Assembly: GCA_010909165.1 (NCBI GenBank)
Contig: MU008177.1
Span: forward strand, 806,001-870,000
Length of the DNA: 64,000 nucleotides
Direction: 5' to 3'
From: Anthoceros angustus
Taxonomy: Eukaryota > Plantae > Anthocerotophyta
This document shows, piece after piece, positions 51,447 through 63,352 of the stretch (within the stretch, counting starts at the first letter, position 1; every line of letters begins with the position of its first letter). The notes beneath the pieces are model-generated. The model saw only the letters and a program-made list of their open reading frames with translations. It searched no databases and had not been told where the DNA came from. The position numbers were made by a program, and so were the translations under genes.

Positions 51447-54400
51447 TCAGTTTGACCATGCCATGTCCGTCACGCAGCTCGTTTCATAATCATGATCGAG
51501 CTGTGCGCTCAATCTGTTAAGGAGTGCTTTTATCTCTTCAATCTGTAGGTGGGTTTTGCCACCCGCCACAAACTTATGCACTTTTGTTTCGTGCTCAATC
51601 CAGCTCTGCCCAGGCTTCTTCCATGCCCCTGCTTGCTGTCTCAAGTCCTCTATAGTGCTAGCATCCTCCCACCTATGACCTTGAGCGTAAATGCTGGACA
51701 TCAGCAAGTAGGCCGAGGAGTGCCGCGGATCCAATCTTACTGCATGCCCAAAGGCACTTTCTGCAATTGCCACATTGTTATACTTCCGGCAGGCAGCAAG
51801 CAGAGACAACCACATTGGTAGCGCAGGTTCCTCAGGCATTTTCAGAAGCAAGTCTTGAACCTGGAGTAAATGGCCAGCCCGGCCCAGGAGGTCAACCAGG
51901 CATGTATAGTGTTGCATTGTAGGCGTGATGCTGTGATCATGGACCATGGACTCGAACAGTTGGATGCCTTTGTCCACCACCCCTGCATGACTGCATGCAG
52001 CAAGCACACACAAAAATGTGACACCATCTGGCTTCACACCTGCCACCTTCAGCTCGTCAAAGCACTGCAAGCTCAAGGTGTAGTCCCCTTGTCTGGCGTA
52101 ACATGCAATTAAGGCATTCCATGCTCCCACATTGCGCTCAATAGCTGTGTTGAATACATGCTGTGATTCCTCCATGCTACTGCACATGCCATATGCATGC
52201 ACAAGCGACGTCGTCAGCTTTGGGCAGCACTGAACCCCACTTTCAATGATGTCTTCATGGACCTGTCTGCACATTTTCAGGTCTCCCACATTGCCCGATG
52301 CTTTGAGTAAGAACATAAACGTGGCCTGATCTGGCCTGATGCCAGCCGCTCTCATGGCGCTATAAACTTGCAGCGTCTTGTCCTGATCTTCTTGCTGAGC
52401 ATAACCTGAGATTATAGTCGTCCACGTTACCACATCTCGGTCTGGTAATGCATCAAAAACTTGCTGTGCCTGTACCATGTCTCCACATTTGGCATACATG
52501 TCAACCAGCGTGGTAGCCACAATAAGATCTGACTGATAACCGCTCCTTACAACTTCGGCATGGATTTCTTTACCCAACTGTAACCACTCTACCTTCAGTA
52601 GCTGTCCATCTTTAGGTGTTTCAGCTTCCCCGGCTGCCAGGCTCCCACAAGCTTTGAGAACGGCTGCAAAGATCCAATTGTCTGGCCTAACGCCTGCCTT
52701 CTGCATTTCAGCATAAAGTAACAAAGCTTGGTCAAACTGTTCATGCTCAGAATAACCAGAAATCATTGCACCCCAGGACACAAGATCAACCTGAGCTAAA
52801 GTGTCAAAGACACGCCTAGCATCTACCAAGCTCCCACATTTTGCATACATGGCAACCAGAGTGTTGCCAAGGAACATATCCGATCCAAAGCCTCCCTTGA
52901 CCAGTTCTGCGTGGATGTGCTTACCCTTTTGCACGGCCTCAACATGAAGTTGCTGGCTCTTGCTATCTTCTTCCTCTTCCATGGCAGCCAGCCTATAACA
53001 GGCTTTTAGAGCGCTGGCAAAAGTCCAACTGTCTGGTCTCACACCTTCCACATGCAGCTGAGAGAAGAGTTCCAAGGCCATTTCAGCTTGTTCTTGCTGA
53101 ACATAGCCTGCAATCATTGCATTCCACACTATAACATTTTTATCGGACAGCAGATCAAACACAAGTTTGGCACTTGCAACGTCTCCGCCATTTGCATAGA
53201 CATGGACCAAAGCACTGCACACATATCGGTCTGCCTCATAACCCCTTCTAACCATTTCAGCATGTAATTTTTTACCCTTCCAAAGAGTCCACACTCTAAC
53301 CGCCTGTCCATCAAGCAGTGCCTCCTCTTCTGAGGCTGCAAGGTTCCCACATGCCTTGAGGAGGCTGGCAAAGGTCCGATTGGTTGGCCTAACACCCTCC
53401 TCTTGCATTTTCAGATACAGTTCTAACGCCTTATCACTTTCGTCCTGCAGTGCATAACCTCCAATTAGTGCATTCCAGGAAACAGAATCACGCTTAACCA
53501 ATTTATCAAACACAGCCCTTGCATCCACCATGCTCCCACACCTGGCATACATGTGCACCAAAGCATTGCCGATAAATGCATCAGCTTCCAGACCCCTTCT
53601 CACAACTTCAGCATGCACATCCTTTCCCTTCTTCAGATACTGCTCTTTTACTGGATGTCCATGTACAAGAGTGTCATCTTCCTTGGCTGCCAGACTACTA
53701 TACGCTCGGAGAATACAGGGGTACGTCCGGTGGTTTGGTCTCACACCTTGGGCTTGCATTTGGGTGTACAAGTGCAGAGCCTTCTCCCCCTGTTCGTGTT
53801 GGGAATACCCAGCAATCAGTGCATTCCACAGCGCCACATCATCATGAGGCAGAGCATCAAAGACGCCCTGGGCGTCCTTCATGCTGCTACACTTTGCATA
53901 CATACCCACCAAACTCGCCCCAACAAACAAATCTGCTCCATACCCCCTCTCAAAAACGTCAGCATGGATCCGCTTGCCCTCTTCTAGGTCCTCCATGCTG
54001 CCACAAGCTTTGAGTAAGCTCACAAGAGTGTTCCTGTCTGGCCGCACACCTGCCTTTTGCATCTCGTGATAGACTTTAAAAGCCTCTCGGAACTGGCCAG
54101 CATTTGTGTACCCTGAGACGAGGGCAGCCCAGGATATGACACTGGGCACAGCCAGTTGCTGAAATGCCTTCAGGGCGTCCGTTAGGCCGCCACACTTAAC
54201 ATACATGTCAACAACCCTGTTCCCCAAATAGTCATCCTCCGTAACAAGGCTTCCCAGGAGCCCATGCAAACGCCTTGCCTCAGCCAGAGCCCTCATCTTG
54301 CTGCAACCTTGCAAGAGAAACCTGTAGGTGTCCACGGGAGCAGCTACTCCTTGCTGGTGCATAAGGGTCGTGAGGTTCAGTGCCTCCACCATTTGCCCTT

Positions 54401-54827
54401 CCATACACAACCTCTTCACTTGCTCCGATGTCTTGGAATCAACATCCCCGAATCTGCTCGAGAGAGCCCGCTGCACTTCTGGCTTCCTTATCTGCAGAGC
54501 ATGCACTCCAACACCTGGGCACAAAACTGTGTTCTCAAAACAACTTCACCCCTTACAAAACCAACAAACAAATGCACAGCATCAAGCTCAAACCCACCTG
54601 ACATCTTCACCGCTCTCAGGGAATTCCAACCACGTCCCATTCCCAGGGCCCTCACTTCCTCACAATGCAGGCCATCCTTCCGCAAGCATTCACCCCGGTG
54701 CTCGACCAACAACGTCCAAGCAGGATTCAGCTGGTAAACGCCCTCCCGACTTACCTCCCCCTAGCACATCATCCAACCCGTGCAGTAAGCCCGAGAGAGA
54801 GCCCTTGGCTCGCGCTTGTTTCGCCAT
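51447..54827 (-). CDS. PLS-class PPR protein, E+ type with LL motifs; probable short first exon 54755-54827
   Basis: About 1020-aa PLS array, PG box PGQSWIE, no deaminase motif. The ORF track start is TTG. ATG 54827 with GTAAGT donor (54754) and CAG acceptor (54515) splices in frame (phase 1). Confidence 0.92.
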
Positions 54828-54994
54828 ATCTAACTTGACGTAGCGGAACGTGACGTCCCAGAAGTTTACACCATGTCCCCAGACGAATCCATGAATCTGT
54901 CATTTTTTGATGAATCTGTCACCCAAAAAATGACAACAGTGATTTCTATTGCCCACAAGTAACAAACAAGTAAGTGCACAGGTTCCACGCGGGG

Positions 54995-55065
54995 ACATGG
55001 AAACTTGGTTAAGCTGAAGCACTGAGAACCTGACAACGACGGTTCGAAACCCCGAAAAAGCGAGT
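54995..55065 (+). mobile_element. Degenerate tRNA-SINE-like head related to the 22570-22699 element
   Basis: ttggttaagc...ctgagaacc...ggttcgaaacccc...agcga parallels ttggttaagc...ctgggaacc...gttcgaatc...agcga. Confidence 0.3.
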
Positions 55066-55212
55066 AAAATCACATAGTGGATTCGTCTGTAGACGGCTCA
55101 CCGGCATTGAGAAGAAGCCGGCCGGCGTCGGCTAGCTTGCACACCCTGGTCGCTCCTGCCACTTGGCGTCCAGCCGGCTCCTGGCCGCCATGGCCGCATC
55201 GCGCATTGCCAA

Positions 55213-55219
55213 TATAAAA
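55213..55219 (+). promoter_or_regulatory. TATA box of the germin-like gene
   Basis: TATAAAA about 130 bp upstream of ATG 55349 in a GC-rich context. Confidence 0.5.
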
Positions 55220-55348
55220 AGCTCAGCCCCCTATATGTTCCTCACATCATACATCGTCCCAAAGCCCGCATTCGCAACTGGGATCTACGCAACTGCCGTC
55301 TCCAGACCAACATAGCAGCAGAAGGAGCCAGCAACAACAGCAGCAGCG

Positions 55349-56044
55349 ATGGCGGCGTCCGTATCAGCGCGGCTGGCCCTTGCGGCCCTCATGAGCCTGG
55401 CAGTGGCAGTCTCCATGGTTTCGTGCAGGGACCCGGACATCGTGACCGATTTCGTGACGCCTCCCGGCGTGGACACGGCCACCCTAGACGGGAGCTTCTT
55501 CACGTACCGGGGCCTGCGCAACGCGATCAACGCGACGCAGCTGAAATTCGGCGCGTCCAAGGTGTCACAGATTCAGTTCCCGGCCCTGACCGGGCTGGGC
55601 GTGTCCACAGCACTGCTGGAGTTCCCGCCGCAGACGGAGAACGCGCCGCACACTCACCCGCGCGCCACCGAGGTCCTCTACGTCCTGGAGGGCACGCTGC
55701 AGGTGGCGTTCGTGGACACCACCAACAAGCTCTACAAGCAGACGCTCTTCGCCAACGACGTGTTCGTCTTCCCCCAGGGCCTGCTCCACTTCCAGTACAA
55801 CCCCGGCACGGTGCGCGCCTTGGCCTACTCCGCCTTCGGCAGCGCCAACCCCGGCACCGTCAGCGCCCCGGCCACCCTCTTCGGCTCCGGCATCGACGAC
55901 GTGGTTCTTGAGAAGGCCTTCAAGGTCTCGGCCGACATCGTGCACCAGCTCGAGCTCCCCTTCCACGAAAGCACACCCTCTCCTTCCGCTGCTCCCACCC
56001 CGCAATCCCTCGCTCCGGCTGCCAGCCCCTGGGCGCACGCTTGA
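55349..56044 (+). CDS. Germin-like protein (cupin), intronless, secreted
   Basis: Signal peptide; DPDIVTDF; germin boxes NAPHTHPRATEVLYVLEG and FVFPQGLLHFQYN (His/His/Glu/His metal ligands); Pro/Ser/Ala-rich tail. Confidence 0.95.
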   Translation: MAASVSARLALAALMSLAVAVSMVSCRDPDIVTDFVTPPGVDTATLDGSFFTYRGLRNAINATQLKFGASKVSQIQFPALTGLGVSTALLEFPPQTENAPHTHPRATEVLYVLEGTLQVAFVDTTNKLYKQTLFANDVFVFPQGLLHFQYNPGTVRALAYSAFGSANPGTVSAPATLFGSGIDDVVLEKAFKVSADIVHQLELPFHESTPSPSAAPTPQSLAPAASPWAHA

Positions 56045-56647
56045 GTGATTTTCGCGGACTGCAGACCAATTGCAACGTGGTGTACCAGGAAGAGATCGAC
56101 GACGCGCTGCTCACATTGAGTACCTAGTGCAATGTTGTCTCACGATACAGGGCTTCGTTAGAAAAACACGTTGAGTTCTTTCAAAGTGGAAAGGATCTTT
56201 CCAAACCATTTTGCAGGTCAGAGAAAACGTATGTATTACTAATATTATTTTAATGTAATTTATATTTAATATAAGTAGATATCGAAAGGGTATAATGATA
56301 TCGAGACAGGGGAAGACTTGAACTTTATATATATGTCCACCCCGGTGAATATGTCCACCCAGGTGATCAATTATGTAGGTTACTTAAACATCTTTGGTCA
56401 TATATTTATAGTATTACTAGTTTGTGCAGCATTGCCCTAACCCGTGCAGAGGCTTCGTCACGCAGGCCATGGAGACCGTCAGACACACAGAATCCTAGTG
56501 AAATTGGAATATAAACCTCTGGATGACCCAAAAACCAAGTAGCGAGATTATTGGAGGGAGCTTTACCAGCAAGTCTGAGCCTCGTGGAATCCAGGGTTCT
56601 AGATGCTTTAGCCCTCAATAAGAAAAAGCTTGTTTTTTGAGCCCTTC

Positions 56648-57097
56648 TTTAGGGATTTCTGCCTTAACTTAAGCGGAGGCGATCGTTTTGCTACAACATG
56701 GCTATGCTCTCCCCTTTAGGGATTTCTGCCTTAACTTAAGCGGAGGCGATCGTTTTGCTACAACATGGCTATGCTCTCCCCTTTAGGGATTTCTGCTTTA
56801 ACTTAAGCGGAGGCGATCGTTTTGCTACAACATGGCTATGCTCTCCCCTTTAGGGATTTCTGCCTTAACTTAAGCGGAGGCGATCGCTACAACATGGCTA
56901 TGCTCTCCCTTTAGGATTTAACTTGCCGGAGGCGATCGTTTTGCTACAACATGGCTATGCTCTCCCTTTAGGGATTTACGCCTTAACTTGCGAGGCGATC
57001 GTTTTGCTACAACATGGCTATGCTCTCCCCTTTAGGGATTTCTGCCTTAACTTAAGCGGAGGCGATCGTTTTGCTACAACATGGCTATGCTCTCCCT
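56648..57097. repeat. 67-bp tandem satellite, about 7 units, most starting with TTTAGGG
   Basis: Unit tttagggatttctgccttaacttaagcggaggcgatcgttttgctacaacatggctatgctctcccc at 56648, 56715, 56782 and 56849; units 4-6 carry small deletions. Confidence 0.95.
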
Positions 57098-57111
57098 TGT
57101 ACAAAGCAATG

Positions 57112-58223
57112 AACATCATAATTTTTGAAGGGGGTGAATAATCTCGAAGGGGGTTTTCCGTAAATAATCTCTGAAGGGGGGTTTTGATGGGCCCTAAAAC
57201 AACGTTTTTAAGGCATTCCGGAAAATATCTCCGAGAAAAAGGGTGTCATCCACTAAAGTTCCTACTTTCCATCCAGCAATGTTTCTGTCGAATGGTGGTC
57301 GCAAACTCGAACTTATGAGAATAATGCAAAGTAGGGACGGTAAGGAAGGTCGTTTCTACCGGGAAGGGACGACTGTAAATTCAATTTTGGGAGGAAAATG
57401 TGGTTTAGTAAGGACACAACAAAAGCCACAGACAGGGTATTTTCAAAACACGGTAGCATGGAACGGGGCGTACAACATTCACTGGGACCCGGACAAAACC
57501 GTGATTTCAGTTTCACTCATCACTAGAGTTCAATCCTTCATCATCACTTGGTCCAGCTTCTCCAGCATTGTCATCACTATCTTCAGCACGCCATGCCCTC
57601 AGGGGCCCATGGGCCCCGGCCGGCCGGCGTTCTTCCTTAGCACACCCTGCCCTACCCATGGGCGCCAGCCGGCCGGCGCCCTCCCCATGGCTCCTCATAG
57701 GTTGTCTTTAAGAAAATAAATATTTAGTGGCTCAAGAGTCTTGCAACTTGGGACCGCGTTGGTCAGGTGTAGTAATAAGTAGGTTTCGTGTTCGAAACCT
57801 ACATCTTCTTAATAACTCAACTTTGTTGATTTTAAGGACGCTTGCATGGGCGCATGGGCAACCAACTTTATTCATTTTAAGGACGCTGGCATTGCCTTAA
57901 AGCCCAAGTGGTTGCATTGAGTGCCAGAAGGTTGGAAAGGTTTCGGTTGAAAGTAAAAGTTTTCGGTTGCAATAAACACATGAAAATGGCAGCCCTCTAT
58001 GCATTCTACAAAAACGCAGACGGGCCCACACCCTACATTGCTCTAGTTATGGAGTGTAGACTTGAAAGTGCGTCTTTTATCAAAGGTATGGGCTCAGAAA
58101 GGGTGTGCGCATTATCAAAGTAGGGTACATATGTTGTTGCAGGAAGAGTGTACATCGTGACAAGGGGTGCTGTCTCGACCGAAGGGGGTTACTATATTCC
58201 CCCCCTTCAAAAATTATCATGTT
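57112..58223. mobile_element. Non-autonomous TIR DNA transposon (about 1.1 kb), approximately 29-bp TIRs, 4-bp TSD AATG
   Basis: Left end aacatcataatttttgaagggggtgaata versus reverse complement of the right end aacatgataatttttgaagggggggaata. AATG at 57108-57111 and 58224-58227. Confidence 0.8.
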
Positions 58224-59345
58224 AATGGTTCAACTATGATTATATTGGTGCATTGGCTCTTGTGGCACTGTTTAGAGAGCACTTGAATAGTCTGTGTGAG
58301 CAGTAGCTGACTCAAACTGGCCTCACAGCAAAGCCAAACAAATCTTGATTCTACATCCTAATCCCTCCCTCCTTTATGCTGGGCTAGGTAGAGAAACATT
58401 ATAGATGGCAAAAACTCGATCTTCGCCCCCAATTAGGGTGAGGGCCAAATTTTCCCGAACTTTCTTTCTTCTTTTCTTTGGGAAGGCATCCAAGAGAGCC
58501 CCTACTAGAAGGAGCAACCATACCTTGGGTAGCACACCTCAGCTACAGCAGAAACCTAGGTCCTAGGGAGCCACTGCAGCAGACCTTTGTGGAGGGAAAT
58601 CGCTTCGCATACCCCTGCGGCTGGCTTAGTCCAAGCTGAGGCCAACCAACAGTGGACATCACTCTAGAGTATCACCTGAAATACAAGAATGAGACCACGT
58701 GGGCCAAGCTGCAAAATTGAACACCGAATGACAAAAACCATTCGTAGCATAAGCATAGAGAAACATCATTCAAAAAAAGAAAAACTTGTGGGTTTTTAAA
58801 GCTCGTCTAACCACATTCACTTCCAACCAGCTATTCCGTAGTAATGGCATCTTCTCAAGATGGCTCTAAGCAGAAGTGCTTACTCATTCTTGGCCATGAA
58901 ACGAATCATAGCGAAAGGTCTTTGACGCAAAGGTAAAGGTTCGGGGCATCGGCGTATAGGTGGTGGGAAAGCGAGTAGGTGAGAAACTACAACTACGACA
59001 CTTCAAGTTGGGTTGAGAGAAATTGATAGCTTCTGTGAGTTGTGTGAGTGCGCTTGTCACGAGGCTATTGTGATTGCCTTAGTGCAATGTAGAACGTTGG
59101 TTCATAATTGATTCTGTAACAAGAAGGAAAGGTAAAGTGTCTGAGGCCCCTAGACTTCTAACTTGTAGGTTCCCCTCTTTGTGCTTCCATCACTAGACTT
59201 TAGTAGTTGAATTGACTTCTAAGTGAAGCGCTAACGCTTTCAGGCCGAGAAAGGGTTTGGCGAAAATCTTTATACGACCATCTGGCTATAGCTTGTCTAG
59301 AAAAGATCAAAGACAAGAGCGAAATGTTCATTCAGGCATATCATT

Positions 59346-60040
59346 ATGGCTTCAAAACATTGGTCATTAAGTGTATTAGTACTATTTGTAGTATTATTTC
59401 TTTGAAAGTACTATCTTTTTCACCAATGATGATCGAAGCAAAATTTGACACGAATTCTGGACATTAATAGTGGGCTGGTCGCCACAGCTGATAATGTGAC
59501 GTACTATCCATTTTACGCGGACATAACTCCAAATAAGGTTAAATTTAGAAACCTAAATTCTTTCAATTTTCTCAAGAAGTACTAAAGGCATATTGTTAAT
59601 GTATCTCAAAGTATACACGGTTTTGAATGGATGTATATGAGTATGCATTGATTATGCTTTGATCTTGTTACAGGGTGTAGTCTGGCCTTTGATAAGGAGT
59701 TAGACAAAGGCTAACATGGAATCAATGCATAATCCATGAGTGCTCATAGATTATCCTTTGTTCTAGGATTATCCAACAACAAAATGTGTTATGTCATTAA
59801 GAATTAGATATTTGTGAAGTCCATTCGATTATTGATCCATATGTGCAATCTAGTTCATCAAATATTTGTGAGGAAAGAAATACGAAGACCCTAAAATTTT
59901 TGGGAAACGTGATATGCGAGAGAGCTAATTTAAGAATAAGTAATTGCCCCGAGGAAGTCATATTGAAAGTCAACTTGAAATAAGCTCCTTGGCTCATCTA
60001 GAACATACACATCTAAGTAAATTGCTGTACATTTTGTTTA
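59346..60040 (+). pseudogene. Pseudogenised paralog of the 61644-62360 secreted protein gene
   Basis: Same MASKH start, NVTYYPF and DIC..SSSNIC..ICER..NCPE blocks and homologous intron region; early frameshift and stops. Confidence 0.8.
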
Positions 60041-60245
60041 AGCTAGAGTTTTGACATATGGTGGATAACTTTCAATATAGGACCAATTCTAATGTGCCAC
60101 TACTTGGTTGAAATAGTTAGCAATCGATTGTCAAAGAACATCAAACATCAGCACCACTATTGGTATAATACATCAGGCACCAGCACGTATGTCATATCAA
60201 ATACCAAAAAACCAAGTGAAAAACATTAGATATCAATACCGCTGC

Positions 60246-60340
60246 TATCATATCATATCATATCATATCATATCATATCATATCATATCATATCATATCA
60301 TATCATATCATATCATATCATATCATATCATATCATATCA
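60246..60340. repeat. (TATCA)19 microsatellite between two approximately 55-bp direct repeats
   Basis: Perfect pentamer run; atcaaataccaaaa.ccaagtg.aaaacattaga occurs at about 60196 and 60336. Confidence 0.95.
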
Positions 60341-60419
60341 AATACCAAAATCCAAGTGTAAAACATTAGACATTAGCACCGGTGTTATCATATCATATCA
60401 AATATCAGCACCACATTAG

Positions 60420-60901
60420 CTACTCGTTGGCAGATCATCATAGACATTAGCTTCTTGCTGGCAGGTAATATAGTCACCAACTTCTCGCTGGCAGGTCATC
60501 ATAGACCTCAGATTCTCTCTGGAGATAATCATAGTCATCAACTTCTCGCTGGAGATAATCACAGTCATCAACTTCTCGTTGGCAGATAATCTCAATCATC
60601 CGCTTCTCTATATTAGTGTACTACCAAAACGTTTCCCCACCCGAGTGACTCGACAAACCACCTTATGCCCCTTCCTTATAACGGGGAAGTGGCACGCGCT
60701 AACCGAGGGAGTAAGCAAGCAAGTAGGACGTAGCTGGCTGCATAGGATGTTGATTCGGCCGCTTGGCCGCCATGGAGTAATCCAATATGCAGTTCCGCAC
60801 ATTCTACCACTTCTCTATTCATTTCCTAGACTAGCTGCCCTGGAGTAATCCAATATGCAGTTCCGCACATTCTACCACTTTTCTATTCATTTCCGAGACT
60901 A
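60420..60901. repeat. About 30-bp degenerate minisatellite (60420-60590) and 68-bp direct repeat x2 (60773, 60841)
   Basis: caacttctcgctggagataatcatagt-like units; tggagtaatccaatatgcagttccgcacattctaccactt repeated. Confidence 0.85.
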
Positions 60902-61643
60902 ATCGTGAAACACCGTGAGCATTTTGCCGAAGGAAAGTGATTGGGAAAGGTAATAAATTTTAATGTAGAGATTCATTGTCAATTTTAGAACAAATTTATT
61001 CCTAAAGCTCTTGAGCTTGTAGGTTCAGACAAGTGATGAATCTCCGCTGTTGAAATTTTAATACTAATTACAACTAACTATCATGCACGAGCATCACCTG
61101 CTTGATGAGTACCATATTTAGGTTCCATAGCATCTTATGCTTTGCCACGGTCCTAGATGATCTAAATATAGTAGCTTCTAAGTCCTTTACATACATCCCC
61201 CATATCGCTAACTTCCAATAACTACCCTATGAAACTCTATCACATATAGTATGTATCTTGTCTAAAACAATATCACTAAAGAGTAGCACACGTGTGGTCC
61301 AATTGACTTTTTTTATCGTGCAACAAGGAGCAGCATGAAATCTAGACCGAATATGATACCTTTCTATATTAAAAGAGGATATAACATTTGACACTTAGAA
61401 AAGAAGTAATTTCACAATATATTCCCCTCCCTTTTTTTTTTGTCTCGTCCCTTCCTAAGGGCGCGTGGAGCTGCTTAGAGTGAGCTCAAAAGGGTGAGAG
61501 CCAATCTTTTGTAACGGTAAAGGTATATATCCATTGAGCCCACTGGTTGGTTGGTTCACGGGTCTTCGCTATACCATAAAGTGTCTTTATTTTGTAAATT
61601 TGCAACAAAGTGCTCTTCATTTTGATCATTCTCGCATAATTCA

Positions 61644-62360
61644 ATGGCTTCGAAACATATTTGGATTTTCATTGTATTATTGTCACTCGTAGTATTATAT
61701 TTCTTGGAAATACCTTCATTTTCATTTATGATGATTGAAGCAAGACGTGTACGAGATGTGCAAGCTAATGGTGGCATGATCACGACAATTTATAATGTCA
61801 CGTACTATCCTTTTTTCACAGGCGTACTTGCAAGTAAGACTTCATAAACCTAAATTTTTTCAAAATTTTCGCACATTACCAAAGAAATATCTAATGTATG
61901 TAAAAGTATGTACTTACATTGTTCAAGGTGTAGAAATATGCATTAATTATGCTTTTTTTTCATTATAGCATGTGGAGTTTCCTTGGATGCATATGATGAT
62001 GACTCATGGATCATCCTCGATCCATTTATTAAGACACAACATTTATCCAGACCTGAACCTCAACCTCAACCTCAATCGATCAGTAGATATCATATACGCA
62101 AACCTTCATGTGGTGAGGAATATGATATTTGTGACCTTAGTTCAGTTGTGAATCCATCCATGCAAATTAGCTCATCAAATGTATGTGATGGAAGATACAA
62201 GGTGAAGGTAAAAAATATGGGAACATTGTTATGTAGGATGATAACAAATACAACCAGTTGTCCTGAAGCAGTAATATCAAAGAAAGCTTGGAATAAACTC
62301 CTTCGTCCATCTACACCGTACAAGTTCAAAGAACTTGCTATAACTCTTCCTTTGCTTTGA
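61644..62360 (+). CDS. Small secreted Cys-containing protein, divergent DPBB/EG45-like (expansin/PNP-like fold), 2 exons (61644-61833, 61969-62360), 193 aa
   Basis: Hydrophobic N-terminus. A GTAAG...TAG phase-1 intron joins NVTYYPFFTGVLAT-CGVS...SCGEEYDIC...VCDGRYKVKV...C...C..VISKKAWNKL, echoing the TYY..CG..CG..Y.I.C..V.V..LS..AF..I pattern. Confidence 0.6.
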
Positions 62361-63352
62361 ACTTGCTATAAATCTTCCTTTGAATTCACGATAATTATTT
62401 TTGACATATGGTTGACATCCAGAGGTACATTTCAGTGTCCATCTAGAGTCATATTTCTAACAGCATCGACTTGCTGAAGATACATCCTGGACTAGTTTAG
62501 TAGTATGTAGGCTATTCAATTTCCTCTAGATGACTTTAGATATGGGAGTTTAGTTACTTTACTCTGACCCTTGAGTCTCATTTCATGTCCTTAGTGGATG
62601 CACCCATCTCTCTCCTTCATAAAAATTTCACATTTGTGTAGTTTGCTGGCCTCTAGGAGTTTGTTTTAGTGCCTTGGCTGAGGAGCCGTTTTAGTATTTC
62701 GATCCTAAAATATAGAGTTGATTCCGATGCAAAATGGAAAGGGTGCCGGTCTCTCAAAGCAACCGGAGTTTCATAGTTGCAGTTTTGTAATGGGCTGCGG
62801 ACACATAGATTGCGTGCAGGGAGAAGGCAGCTCAGCTTTCCCAAGTGACTCCATGCCGCTTGCCAACTTCTTTTTCCGGTTTACTGCAGCAAATCAGCGC
62901 TCAGCTCTGCAGATTTCTTGCAAACGATCTCCGTCCGGAGCCCATGGTCTGGCATGGGCTCGGGCTTTTCTCTTCTTTATAACGCAAACACAGCCACGTC
63001 TGGCCACCTGGGCTACGGCCTTGTTCCATTTGCCTTGAACAGGCGTGCACATGGGGTGATGGGTTTGATTGCTTGGACCGAGATTGCGCTGCCAGCCTAG
63101 GATGGAACACGCCAGCTTGGGATAGACATAGGCTTGATGCTTGTTTGGGATGGACAAAAATTTTGTATATATGTAAGCCCCTGAGCCGGCGGGATGAAGT
63201 TCACGTGCGGAAGGAGGAGGATGCTGAGTCTGCGTGAGGCGAAATCGAGCCGAATTGGCAATTGATGTTGGTAGCATGTGACTGGAGTTGTTTTACAGAA
63301 CATCTGGTGCAAAGCGCCCATCACGGGTAACGCTGCCAACGATTTTCGAGAC

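Noticed and set aside
56648-57097. CRISPR-like regular repeat
   Set aside because: Units are contiguous with no unique spacers, there are no cas genes, and the context is eukaryotic.
58380-59300. LTR-like sequence texture
   Set aside because: No TG...CA boundaries, second LTR, PBS or TSD could be identified.
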